Source: an uncultured beta proteobacterium (lineage in GTDB: Bacteria; Pseudomonadota; Gammaproteobacteria; Burkholderiales; SG8-41). From it: a DNA stretch of 64,000 nt. The stretch is from assembly GCA_963828715.1 (NCBI GenBank), contig CAWHFX010000017.1:59578-123577 (forward strand), written 5' to 3'. How positions within the stretch are numbered: the first letter of the stretch is position 1; each line of letters begins with the position of its first letter. The notes under the pieces were generated by a model. That model saw only the letters and a list, made by a program, of their open reading frames with translations. It made no database searches and was not told where the DNA came from. Shown piece after piece: positions 40,241 to 49,529 of the stretch. The position numbers were made by a program, and so were the translations under genes.

Positions 40241-41227
40241 ATGCAAGCAACCCGCAGTCTGACGGTACGTGCCGCACTGGCGTGTGCCTTCTTTGCATTA
40301 CCCGCAGTGTCATCCGCCGCCGAACAGACATGGCCCACGAAGCCCGTGCGCGTCGTCGTGCCGTTCGCGGCGGGCGGGGGCACGGACAGCATCGCCCGCG
40401 CGCTCGGACAGAAGCTGGCCGAGACGTTCGGCCAGCAATTCATCGTCGATAACCGCGCCGGCGCAGGCGGGACGATAGGCGCCGAGATGGTGGCGCGCGC
40501 AGCCCCCGACGGTTACACGCTCAGCATGGTGTCGGCGAGCTATGGCGCGAATCCTGCGCTCTACAAGCTTCCCTACGACCCGGTGAAAGGCATCACGCCG
40601 ATCAATCTGCTCGCGGTGGGACCGCTGGTGCTGATCGGCAACTTGAAGGTGCCGGCGGCCAGTCTGAAGGAGTTGATCGCGGTCGCGCGCGCCAAACCGA
40701 ACAGTCTCACGTACGGTTCAACCGGTGTCGGCAGCATTGCGCATCTTGTCGGTGCGATGTTTACGCAGATGAGCGGTGCCGAGATGGTTCACGTCCCGTA
40801 CAAGGGCGTCGCGCCGGCGCTCGTCGACATGCTCGGTGGCAATCTCGATCTCGGCTACTACACGGCCGTCGCCGTCGTGCCGCACGTGAAGGCCGGCAGA
40901 CTGCGTGCGTACGGCGTCACCACGGAAAAGCGGATCGATGCGCTGCCGGGCGTACCGGCGATCGGCGAAGTCGTCAGCGGCTACGCCGCCGAGCATTGGT
41001 ACGGCTTGTGGGGCCCGCGCGGCATGCCGCGGGACCTCGTGATGCGCCTCAATCAGGCGGTGAACAAGGCGCTCGAGTCAGCGGATGTGCGCGATCGCAT
41101 CGTGGCGGATGGGTTCGTGCCGACGCAATCCCCGCCGGAAGAGTTCGGTGCGCGGCTGGCGAAGGATGTCGCGCGCTGGCAGGACGTCGTGAAGCGCGCG
41201 AACATCAAGATCGACGTGCACGGGTAA
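40241..41227 (+). CDS. Bug/TctC substrate-binding protein
   Basis: WP.KPVR.VVPFAAGGGTD, APDGYT, HVPYKG. Confidence 0.93.
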   Translation: MQATRSLTVRAALACAFFALPAVSSAAEQTWPTKPVRVVVPFAAGGGTDSIARALGQKLAETFGQQFIVDNRAGAGGTIGAEMVARAAPDGYTLSMVSASYGANPALYKLPYDPVKGITPINLLAVGPLVLIGNLKVPAASLKELIAVARAKPNSLTYGSTGVGSIAHLVGAMFTQMSGAEMVHVPYKGVAPALVDMLGGNLDLGYYTAVAVVPHVKAGRLRAYGVTTEKRIDALPGVPAIGEVVSGYAAEHWYGLWGPRGMPRDLVMRLNQAVNKALESADVRDRIVADGFVPTQSPPEEFGARLAKDVARWQDVVKRANIKIDVHG

Positions 41228-41256
41228 TCACCGATATTTAGCACGACCTCCGATCT

Positions 41257-41348
41257 GGTGAGCGGCGCGCCTGGGACAGGCTGTCGCCGCGAACGTGACA
41301 TTCGAGCGCCAGTCAGAACTCTCGTCCGAACGTACGAGGGTCAGAGCG
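41257..41348 (+). repeat. 95-bp element, single full copy
   Basis: GGTGAGCGGCGCGCCTGGGACAGGCTGTCGCCGCGAACGTGACATTC...AGAACTCTCGTCCGAACGTACGAGGG. Confidence 0.9.
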
Positions 41349-41349
41349 G

Positions 41350-43761
41350 TTATGTCTCCGGTCCGCGTATGTCCGTGGTCCTCTGCCATTTCCAGTTGCT
41401 GATTTCCGGCATGTCTTCGCCGTATCGTTCGATGTGCATCTTGTGATCGAGCAGCCGGTCGCGCAGCCATTGCCTGGAGTGCGCCGCGCGCGAGCCCAGG
41501 CTCGGCACACGATCGATCACGTCTCCCACGAGATGAAAGCGGTCGAGGTCGTTCAGAACCACCATATCGAACGGCGTCGTCGTTGTGCCGTTTTCCTTGA
41601 AGCCGCGCACGTGGATCTGATCGTGATTGGTGCGGCGATACGTGAGGCGATGGATCAGCCACGGGTAACCGTGGAAAGCGAAGATGATCGGCTTGTCCTT
41701 CGTGAAGAGCGTGTCGAAGTCGCGATCGGCCAACCCGTGCGGATGCTCGCTTTCGGGCTGTAGCCGCATCAGGTCCACGACGTTGATCACGCGGATCCTG
41801 AGATGCGGAAAGTGCTCGTGCAGGATCTGCACGGCGGCGAGTGTCTCGAGTGTCGGTATGTCGCCGCAGCACGCCATCACGACATCGGGATCGCCGCCTT
41901 CGTCGTTGCTCGCCCACTCCCACATGCCGAGGCCGGCGGTGCAATGCTTGATCGCCGCATCCATATCCAGCCATTGCAGCGCCGGCTGTTTCCCGGCAAC
42001 GATGACGTTGACGTAGTTGCGGCTGCGCAGGCAGTGGTCGGTGACCGACAGCAGCGTGTTCGCGTCGGGCGGCAGGTAGACGCGGATGATCGCGGCTTTC
42101 TTGTTCGAGACGACGTCGAGGAAGCCGGGGTCCTGATGGCTGAAGCCGTTGTGGTCCTGCCGCCACACGTGCGAAGAAAGAAGGTAATTGAGCGAGGCCA
42201 CGGGACGGCGCCAGGGGATGTGTCTCGCTTCCTCCAGCCATTTCGCGTGCTGGTTGAACATCGAGTCGACGATGTGGATGAACGCTTCGTAGCACGAGAA
42301 GAATCCATGCCGGCCGGTCAGCAGATAGCCTTCGAGCCAGCCTTCGCACTGGTGCTCCGACAGCATTTCCATGACGCGGCCGTCCGGCGCGACGTGCTCG
42401 TCGCCGGGAACGATGTTCGCGACCGATGCCCTGTTCGTCACCTCGAACACCGCGTCCCAGCGATTCGATGACGTCTCATCCGGGCTGAACACGCGGAAGT
42501 TGCGCGCGCGCTCGTTCAGGCGCAGCACGTCGCGAATCATCGCGCCCTGTACGCGGGTTGCTTCCAGGGTAACTGTTCCAGGAGACGAAACCTCGACCGC
42601 GTAATCGCGAAAGTCGGGCAGGCGCAGATCGCGCAGCAGGAGGCCGCCGTTCGCATGCGGGTTAGCGCCCATGCGCCGGGCGCCTTGGGGCGCGAGCTCC
42701 GCCAGCGCGGGGCGCAGCGTTCCGTTTTCGTCGAAGAGCTCCTCCGGACGGTAGCTCCGCATCCACGCCTCGAGCATCTTCAGATGCTCCGGTTTCTCGG
42801 CGAGCCCGGCGAGCGGTACCTGATGCGCGCGAAACGTGCCTTCGACCGCCTTGCCGTCGACCGTTTTCGGCCCGGTCCAGCCTTTCGGAGTGACGAGGAT
42901 GATCATCGGCCACAGCGGACGTGCGCGGAATCCGTTCGTGCGCGCATCTTTCTGGATACGCTTCACCTCTCCGAGCACCTCGTCGAGCGTCGCAGCCATC
43001 GCCTGATGCATGGCCATCGGCTCGTCGCCCTCGACGAAATAGGGGCGATAACCGTAGCCTCGGAACAGCGCTTCGAGCTCTTCACGTGGAATGCGCGACA
43101 GCACGGTCGGCCCGGCGATCTTGTAACCGTTGAGGTGCAGTATGGGCAGTACCGCGCCGTCGGTCGCCGGGTTCAGAAATTTGTTCGAGTGCCAGCTCGT
43201 CGCGAGCGGACCTGTCTCGGCTTCGCCGTCGCCCACCACGCAGGCGACGATGAGATCCGGGTTGTCGAAGGCGGCACCGAAGGAATGCGAGAGCGAATAG
43301 CCGAGCTCACCGCCTTCATTGATGGAACCAGGAGTGGCCGCCGCCGCGTGGCTGGGAATGCCGCCCGGAAAGGAAAACTGCTTGAAAAGCTTCTTCATCC
43401 CCGGTTCGTCTTGCGAGATGTCGGGATAGAGCTCGCTATACGTGCCTTCCAGGTACGTGTTCGCCACCACCGCCGGTCCGCCGTGCCCGGGCCCCGTCAC
43501 GAAGATCATGTCGAGGTCGTCCCGTTTCACGATCCGATTGAGGTGCACGTAAACGAAATTGAGGCCGGGTGTCGTACCCCAGTGCCCCAGGAGCCGCGGT
43601 TTCGTGTCCGCGAGGGTGAGCGGCTTCCTGAGGAGAGGGTTGTCCAGCAGATAGATCTGTCCGACCGAGAGGTAGTTCGCGGCGCGCCAGTACGCGTCCA
43701 TGTTCCGCAGCAGATCGGCCGACAATGTCGGTTGCGCGACGTGCGCGCTGCTTGCTTTCAT
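41350..43761 (-). CDS. xfp: Phosphoketolase (XFP family)
   Basis: [60 protein letters not shown]. Confidence 0.97.
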   Translation of the reverse strand: MKASSAHVAQPTLSADLLRNMDAYWRAANYLSVGQIYLLDNPLLRKPLTLADTKPRLLGHWGTTPGLNFVYVHLNRIVKRDDLDMIFVTGPGHGGPAVVANTYLEGTYSELYPDISQDEPGMKKLFKQFSFPGGIPSHAAAATPGSINEGGELGYSLSHSFGAAFDNPDLIVACVVGDGEAETGPLATSWHSNKFLNPATDGAVLPILHLNGYKIAGPTVLSRIPREELEALFRGYGYRPYFVEGDEPMAMHQAMAATLDEVLGEVKRIQKDARTNGFRARPLWPMIILVTPKGWTGPKTVDGKAVEGTFRAHQVPLAGLAEKPEHLKMLEAWMRSYRPEELFDENGTLRPALAELAPQGARRMGANPHANGGLLLRDLRLPDFRDYAVEVSSPGTVTLEATRVQGAMIRDVLRLNERARNFRVFSPDETSSNRWDAVFEVTNRASVANIVPGDEHVAPDGRVMEMLSEHQCEGWLEGYLLTGRHGFFSCYEAFIHIVDSMFNQHAKWLEEARHIPWRRPVASLNYLLSSHVWRQDHNGFSHQDPGFLDVVSNKKAAIIRVYLPPDANTLLSVTDHCLRSRNYVNVIVAGKQPALQWLDMDAAIKHCTAGLGMWEWASNDEGGDPDVVMACCGDIPTLETLAAVQILHEHFPHLRIRVINVVDLMRLQPESEHPHGLADRDFDTLFTKDKPIIFAFHGYPWLIHRLTYRRTNHDQIHVRGFKENGTTTTPFDMVVLNDLDRFHLVGDVIDRVPSLGSRAAHSRQWLRDRLLDHKMHIERYGEDMPEISNWKWQRTTDIRGPET

Positions 43762-43925
43762 CGTGATGCTCCTGATGTCGTGCCGGAGCGCAGGACGCGG
43801 CAGACGCTCTTCGCAATCATGCGTTCTTCGTCGGTCGCGATGACGCGCACCGCGATGCGCGAGCCATGCGCGTTGATGATGCCGGCGTTCTCAGCGTTGA
43901 GGCTGCTGTCCCGCGGCTCGTTCAT
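43758..43925 (-). pseudogene. ackA: Acetate kinase remnant (internal deletion)
   Basis: MNEPR joined to N..NA.II...[17 protein letters not shown], the AckA C-terminus; ATGA overlap with xfp. Confidence 0.75.
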
Positions 43926-43929
43926 GACG

Positions 43930-44616
43930 TCACGTATGCGGTGCGGCGGCAAGATACGCCGCAAGATCGTGATCGACGATGTCACCGATGCGCTCGAGCG
44001 TGATGTCGGCGGCCGGATAGAGCGCCACGTTCTGCGGATCGAGCGCGTAATGGCCCTGACGCACGAATACGGTGGTCACGCGCGCCTGCCATACGTGTTT
44101 CATGGCCGTGAGAATGCGCAGCTTGTCATCGAACATGACGTAGTGCCGCGCCGGGTAACGCCGCTCGATGTCGTCGAGCACCGTCTCCTTGTGAATGTAG
44201 ATGAGCACGTGTCCGTGCAATGCATCCCACAGGCCCGAGCGCTGCACCTTGCGCGGCTGAAACACGACGTCGCCGTCGGACACGATCACCGTCGCGCCCC
44301 AGCGGGAAACATGGGCGATGGCGTCGAATGCGCCCGGGTAGACGCGTTCAAAGAAAGGATAGTCGACGAGAAAAGACGACATGAGGAGCAGGCGCGGATC
44401 GTTGTCCAGCTCGAGTCTGTAGCGCTGCAATGCCCCGAGGTAATCGACGTAGCCCAACTCCGCGCGTAGCGCCTCGAGGATCTCACCGTAACGGTCGCAG
44501 CTCGCAGCGCCGAACGTCTGCTTCAGGTGATCGTGCAGGTCGCTGAGTACGCGGTCGTTATCGAGAAGCGTATTGTCGACGTCGAAGAGAAAGGCGATGT
44601 CATGCGGTGCATGCAT
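43930..44616 (-). CDS. HAD-superfamily hydrolase
   Basis: FLFDVDNTL motif I, SDG, DDK; start may be 44643. Confidence 0.88.
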   Translation of the reverse strand: MHAPHDIAFLFDVDNTLLDNDRVLSDLHDHLKQTFGAASCDRYGEILEALRAELGYVDYLGALQRYRLELDNDPRLLLMSSFLVDYPFFERVYPGAFDAIAHVSRWGATVIVSDGDVVFQPRKVQRSGLWDALHGHVLIYIHKETVLDDIERRYPARHYVMFDDKLRILTAMKHVWQARVTTVFVRQGHYALDPQNVALYPAADITLERIGDIVDHDLAAYLAAAPHT

Positions 44617-44703
44617 AGTGACCGTTCCACTGCTGGAACCCATGGGGCATCGTTTGCCCCTCGAGAGTTCCGTGCTGATCGAATCGGTAATTCGTGGAGG
44701 GCG

Positions 44704-44835
44704 CGCTGGGGACCCCGCGGCTCTGCAGCCCCCGCCTACCACCGCCTCAGCCCTCGTACATTCGGACGAGAGTGCTAACCGGCGCCGGAAGGCTTCGCTC
44801 GCGGGGACCGCGCTGCTCCGCAGCCCCCGCTCACC
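44704..44835 (-). repeat. 95-bp element, one full unit (44835-44741) plus a partial second unit
   Basis: Reverse complement GGTGAGCGGGGGCTGCGGAGCAG...TCCCCGCGAGCG...TTAGCACTCTCGTCCGAATGTACGAGG; next unit starts 95 bp on. Confidence 0.88.
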
Positions 44836-44842
44836 GTGATGA

Positions 44843-45874
44843 CTATTGGCATCCTCCCACGCAGGCGCCCTTCCCATCGAACTCCATCGTGCGTCCGCTG
44901 ATCGAAAGGTAGGCCGGCCGCTTCACCAGCTTCATGAACGTCGCGGTCCGCGTGTTCGGCCGCAGCTTGCCGCCTTCCGTGACTGCCTCGTTCGCATGCG
45001 ATACCACCACCGACTGCGGACGAACCAGCTCGTTGATCGCATAGGCGGCGGCCTGCGGATCGATCGCATTCGGTCCGAGGTTGAAGATCGACATGTTCAC
45101 CTTGTGATAGTCCTGGACGATATTCTTCATTTCGGTGTGCAGGCCGGTATCGCCGCTCAGGTAAACGGTCAGGCCGTTCGTGAACTTCACGACGAAGCCG
45201 ATGGGCGGGCCGAGTGTGACCGCAACGCCTTCGCCTTCGGCCGTTTTCCGCAATTGCTCCGACAGCAGACTCGGCGCCACTGCGTTCGCATGCGATGCGT
45301 AGACGTTCGTGATCTCGACGGCCTCCTTGGCGTTCGCCGCACGCAGCTTGATCGTGCCTCCGAGATGCGAGTTGGAGCGACACGGCGCCGCAACCGGAAC
45401 GTTCACGGCGCCGCCTGATACCGGACACGGGCCGACGGGCTTGCCTCGAATCGCTTCGACTTTCTTGCCAAGGAAGACCGCGAGGTCGACGACCGCGACG
45501 ATGGCCGCGTTCTTCGCTGCCGCGACCTCGGCCGTCATTCCGTTCGCGCCGGCGGAAATCGTCTCGGGCTCGCCGCACGTGCCGGTGTCGAGTGCCTTCA
45601 GCTTGCGATCGCCGATGTGGTCGCCGTGCGCGTGGCTCAGGAGCACCGCATGCACGTCGCCGAGCCGGGGGTCGTCCGGACCGGTCAGCGTGTGGCCGGC
45701 GTCATACAGGATGCGCACGCCGCTCGGGTCTACGAAGAGCGTCGCACGATCGCGATCGCAGAGCTCGCCGTTGTGAGAACCGAGGAAAGTCATCTTTACG
45801 TTCTGGGCGGCTGCGGGAAGTGCCGTCAATCCCAGTCCCAACGTCGCAACCCCACACATGAATGCAACTCTCAT
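44843..45874 (-). CDS. Exported metallo-beta-lactamase-fold hydrolase
   Basis: Signal peptide; SHAHGDH, ASH.N, YLSGDTG, SH. Confidence 0.85.
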   Translation of the reverse strand: MRVAFMCGVATLGLGLTALPAAAQNVKMTFLGSHNGELCDRDRATLFVDPSGVRILYDAGHTLTGPDDPRLGDVHAVLLSHAHGDHIGDRKLKALDTGTCGEPETISAGANGMTAEVAAAKNAAIVAVVDLAVFLGKKVEAIRGKPVGPCPVSGGAVNVPVAAPCRSNSHLGGTIKLRAANAKEAVEITNVYASHANAVAPSLLSEQLRKTAEGEGVAVTLGPPIGFVVKFTNGLTVYLSGDTGLHTEMKNIVQDYHKVNMSIFNLGPNAIDPQAAAYAINELVRPQSVVVSHANEAVTEGGKLRPNTRTATFMKLVKRPAYLSISGRTMEFDGKGACVGGCQ

Positions 45875-45910
45875 TTGAGCTCCCTGTACATGTTGGTTAC
45901 TGCTTTGCTA

Positions 45911-45950
45911 CCCCTCACCCTACCCTCTCCCCGCGGACGGGGCGAGAGGA
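45911..45950. repeat. CCCTCACCC-type REP-like palindrome
   Basis: CCCCTCACCCTACCCTCTCCCCGCGGACGGGGCGAGAGG. Confidence 0.75.
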
Positions 45951-46070
45951 CATGCTTTGCCTTCCGACGCCTCCTGCTCCCCGGGGTTACCGTGCCAGGA
46001 GCGGAGCGAAACCGCGTGGCGATGATACGCCGCGCACCAAGACGATCAGATCCGCTCACCGCGCTTTAGC

Positions 46071-47012
46071 TCACGGTAAAGGCCGGCGGCGTTTCTGCTC
46101 GAGAAGTGTCCAGGCTTTGTCTCCGAACTCTCTGCGCCAGCGCGCGTAGAACCCGTTTTCCTGGAGCCGCGTGACGAAGCCGCTCGTGTCGGTGACGTTG
46201 AAGTCGAGGCGCGACTTCAGGCGCTGCGCGGCCGCTTCGTTCTCGCGCTCCATATCGGCGCGGAACAGGCCGACATACTTTTCGGCGTTGCGCGTCACGC
46301 TCGCTCGCACGTCCGCGGGAAGTGCGTTCCAGCGTTCGGGATTCGCACACAGCCAGAAGTTGCCCATGCGGTGATTCGTGACGCTCAGGTACTTCTGCAC
46401 TTCGACGAAACGGTCCATCTCGACATACAGATAGGGTGTCTCCTGACCCGATGCGGCGCCACTCTTCAGGTTGTCGTACACCGCCTGATAGTAGATCGGC
46501 TGCGGCTCGCAGCCGAGCGACCTGAAGAGATCGATCTTGTACGGCACCTGCGCGGTGCGCAGTTTGAAGCCGTCGAGATCGTCGACCGTCCGGATCGGTC
46601 TGGTGCTGCTCGTAATCTGATTGTTTCCCTGGGGCCAGTTCCGCGGAAAGACGACGAGCCCTTTGGCGGCGATTTCGTTTCTGAGGAGGTCGCCGAATTC
46701 GCCATCCATGATCCGACATGCTTCCTGCTCCGAGTCGAACGCGAACGGGAGGCCTTCCATCGCAGCGATCGGCACGATCGTGGAGAGCGGCATGCCCGAA
46801 ACGGGATGAAACGCGATCTCGCCGTCGAGCAACTTCGTCAGCGTGACCTTCGATGGGCCCGTACCGCCCCATGGGATGACGTCGACTTCGAGGCGGCCGT
46901 CCGTCTCGCGGCGGATCGCATCGAACATTTCAGTCAGGCGACGGTGGAGAGGATTCTCCGCGCGCAGATCGTGCGAGCAGAGATAGCGGAACGCATTACG
47001 ATCGTTGCTCAT
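46071..47012 (-). CDS. TRAP transporter DctP-like substrate-binding protein, no visible signal peptide
   Basis: T.GRL.V.V.P, LPFAF, PI.T..DL.G.KLR, GQE.P, EVQKYLS.TNH, W.ALP. Confidence 0.85.
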   Translation of the reverse strand: MSNDRNAFRYLCSHDLRAENPLHRRLTEMFDAIRRETDGRLEVDVIPWGGTGPSKVTLTKLLDGEIAFHPVSGMPLSTIVPIAAMEGLPFAFDSEQEACRIMDGEFGDLLRNEIAAKGLVVFPRNWPQGNNQITSSTRPIRTVDDLDGFKLRTAQVPYKIDLFRSLGCEPQPIYYQAVYDNLKSGAASGQETPYLYVEMDRFVEVQKYLSVTNHRMGNFWLCANPERWNALPADVRASVTRNAEKYVGLFRADMERENEAAAQRLKSRLDFNVTDTSGFVTRLQENGFYARWRREFGDKAWTLLEQKRRRPLP

Positions 47013-47101
47013 CGACACCTTCCGTTGAGCCGCGTAGTCGGCGTACCTGAGTCCATCGGGTCACGTCCAGTCAATCAGCCTGACGCGAGCTCTGCGACGC
47101 T

Positions 47102-47935
47102 TCAAGACTTGGCATCGGCGTCGACCTGCTGCATGGCACGGGCGCCGATCTCGACCGTCAGGGCACCCGTCATCGGCAGCACGCAGGAAATGGCTTCGAG
47201 CACCTGCAGCCGAGTAACACCGCAGGCATAGGCGCGCCGGATGTGCTGCACGGCACTGTCAGCTGCGCCACGCGCGCACAGCGCTGCGATGGCGATCAGC
47301 TCGCGTGCACCGGCCCCGAGCAGCCTGTCTCGTGAGCCGCCGGCGAACAGGCAATGATCGACGAACGCGCCCGCGCGTCGTGCAAGCTCCGGATCGATGG
47401 ACGCGACATAGCGCCACTCGGGCGTGTCGAGCGCGCTGTCCATGGTTTGAGTGGCTGCTTCGCGGCCGAGGTCGAGCTCGGAGAAGCGCGTGAGCGTTTT
47501 CGGTTCTCCGCCCGGCGGCAGCTCGCCGTACGGGTACGCCGGATCGTTCGCCGTGAGAATCGCTTTCGCCACGTGCGCCACCGTAGACCAGCCGACGACC
47601 GGCGCGATCGCTTCTCCTGCTTCGAAGAGCACGCGATTCGTCACGCCCATCCGGTAAAGGCGACGTACATGGTTGGGCGCGAAGCGGTCGTCATTCTGCG
47701 CGCACAACTGGCAGGTCGCGATCAGCTCGCGCATCGGGCCCGAGAGATTCTGCTCGGGGGTCGTCTGGTTCTCGTAGAAATGAACGTAGCCCGCCGTGCG
47801 GCGAATGAGGTTCACGGTTTCCGGCGCCTCGCGTGCGAAGAGATGGAATTCTTCGTAGAGATCGCCGCGCTCCTGGATGAAGCGCTGCACGATCTCATTC
47901 GCGGCCTGGTCCTCGTCTTTATCCTGCATCGTCAT
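47102..47935 (-). CDS. Tandem carboxymuconolactone decarboxylase/AhpD-like protein
   Basis: Two L...RELIA...LCA......H.RR....GVT...L.EA modules. Confidence 0.75.
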   Translation of the reverse strand: MTMQDKDEDQAANEIVQRFIQERGDLYEEFHLFAREAPETVNLIRRTAGYVHFYENQTTPEQNLSGPMRELIATCQLCAQNDDRFAPNHVRRLYRMGVTNRVLFEAGEAIAPVVGWSTVAHVAKAILTANDPAYPYGELPPGGEPKTLTRFSELDLGREAATQTMDSALDTPEWRYVASIDPELARRAGAFVDHCLFAGGSRDRLLGAGARELIAIAALCARGAADSAVQHIRRAYACGVTRLQVLEAISCVLPMTGALTVEIGARAMQQVDADAKS

Positions 47936-47961
47936 CCTGTGCGTCTCTGGTGGCGTGATTC

Positions 47962-47996
47962 ATAGATCCGACATACAAAATAGATCCGACATACAA
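47962..47996. repeat. Perfect 17-bp direct repeat (period 18)
   Basis: ATAGATCCGACATACAA at 47962-47978 and 47980-47996, 27 bp before the start of the minus-strand gene. Confidence 0.85.
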
Positions 47997-48000
47997 GATA

Positions 48001-48190
48001 CCGTTCGTGCCGAGGAGCAGTAGCGTCTCGAAGCAGGAACAACCGCGGCCGTTCACCCCCGCCGTTCGACAAGCTTGGTTCACCCTTCGAGACGAGCGCC
48101 GCGCTGTTTCTCCTCAGGGCGAACGTTTATCGTACGAGCTCGCATTCCGGACCACGAAAACCTTCGTGCTGAGGAGCGGTAGCGTTTCGC
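48001..48190. repeat. Cluster of alternating palindromic repeats (CCCTTCGAGACG...CTCCTCAGGGCGAACG family)
   Basis: TTCGTGCCGAGGAGCAGTAGCGTCTCGAAG, an inverted copy at ~48082-48125, and a direct copy TTCGTGCTGAGGAGCGGTAGCGTTTCG. Confidence 0.7.
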
Positions 48191-48436
48191 GCCGGAGTCC
48201 TGAGCCAGCCACACAGTGCTGCCGTCGAAGGGATGAACAACTGCATGCTCCTCCGCCGCTTCTCATGTGTTCTCCTCGCCCGGCGACGCTGTTTCGAATC
48301 GCCGCGAATCAGGGCGATTGACGCGAACTTCCATCACAGAGTAGCTTCGACGGTCGCAGGTTTGCAATAGCGTTGGCGCGGCAGTCGCAGCTCTCGACGC
48401 GTACAACAGTGCGAAGCGTCACGAGGAGATTATCAG

Positions 48437-49480
48437 TTGACAGCAGAATCACGTGTGGCCGTGCTGAGCGGCCCGAGAAAGTTCGACTTCGTCGAGCGCG
48501 CACGCCCTTCCCCGCGAGCGGGTGAAGCCCTGGTGAAGATCGCCGCCACCGCGGTCTGTCACACCGACCTCGACATGTACACGGGCGCGAACAAGTCGGT
48601 GCGCTACCCGGTCGTTCTCGGCCACGAATCCACGGGCACCGTCGAAGCCGTTACGACGGAAGGCTCGGGCCTCACGCCCGGGCAGACCGTGCTCATCAAT
48701 CCGGTCATCACATGCGGCCACTGCGATTCATGTCAGCGCGGCCTGGAGCATCTCTGCCGCAACGCGGGCCTCTTCGGTCGCGAAATCGAGGGCTCGCTGA
48801 GCGAATACGTGACGCTCGACACGCGCTACCTCTATCCGCTGCCGCCGAAATTGCCGTTCGACGATGCCACCATCGTCGAGACGCTCGCGACGGTGCGGCA
48901 CGCGCAGGAGCGTGCGCAGTTGAAAGCGGGCGAGTCGGTCGTCGTGCTGGGCCAGGGCACGACCGGTCTGCTCCACACACGGCTTGCTGTGCTCACGGGT
49001 TGCGATCCGGTAATCGCGGTCTCGCGCACGAAATGGAAGCTCGAACGTGCGATGCAGGCGGGCGCGCGTCATGCGGTGGAGCGCGACGCGAAAGACGCAG
49101 TGCAGGAGGTGCTGCGGCTCACGAACGGCATGGGTGCAGACGTCGTCATTGACACCGCGGGCGGCGCGGATACGGTGCGCGCCGGCATCGACATGCTGCG
49201 GCCGGGCGGACGGTTCTGCTCGTTCTCGCTGAGTCACGAGCCATTCGCAGGCGTGAGCGCATTCCCGCTGTATTACAAGGAAGTGAGCATCATCGGCTCA
49301 CGCGCCCTCACGGCTGCCGACATCCGCGCCTCGATCGATCTCGTGGCCGCTGGGAAAATCGACGTATCGGGTTTTGTCTCCAACACGTACCCGCTCGCGC
49401 ACGCCGCGGAAGCGTTCAAGGAGTACGAGGGCAACCCGGGACGGATCCTGCGCATCATCATCGATTCGCGGGCCGCGTAA
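48437..49480 (+). CDS. Zinc-dependent medium-chain dehydrogenase
   Basis: CHTD, GHE..G, CG.C..C.......C, G.G..G. Confidence 0.92.
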   Translation: MTAESRVAVLSGPRKFDFVERARPSPRAGEALVKIAATAVCHTDLDMYTGANKSVRYPVVLGHESTGTVEAVTTEGSGLTPGQTVLINPVITCGHCDSCQRGLEHLCRNAGLFGREIEGSLSEYVTLDTRYLYPLPPKLPFDDATIVETLATVRHAQERAQLKAGESVVVLGQGTTGLLHTRLAVLTGCDPVIAVSRTKWKLERAMQAGARHAVERDAKDAVQEVLRLTNGMGADVVIDTAGGADTVRAGIDMLRPGGRFCSFSLSHEPFAGVSAFPLYYKEVSIIGSRALTAADIRASIDLVAAGKIDVSGFVSNTYPLAHAAEAFKEYEGNPGRILRIIIDSRAA

Positions 49481-49529
49481 GAGCCCGTCTGCCTCGGGTC
49501 GGCGGCGGAGCGGAGAGGTAAGGGAATCA

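Noticed and set aside
41257-41348. Assigning the element to a known ribozyme or riboswitch
   Set aside because: I could not find hammerhead (CTGATGA/GAAA), HDV, twister or other diagnostic cores by eye; this needs a covariance search.
45962-46060. Possible extra copy of the 95-bp element after the DctP-like gene (GGTGAGCGG ... CGTCGGAA, minus strand)
   Set aside because: Ends and position fit, but the conserved ACTCTCGTCCGA core is missing; not counted.
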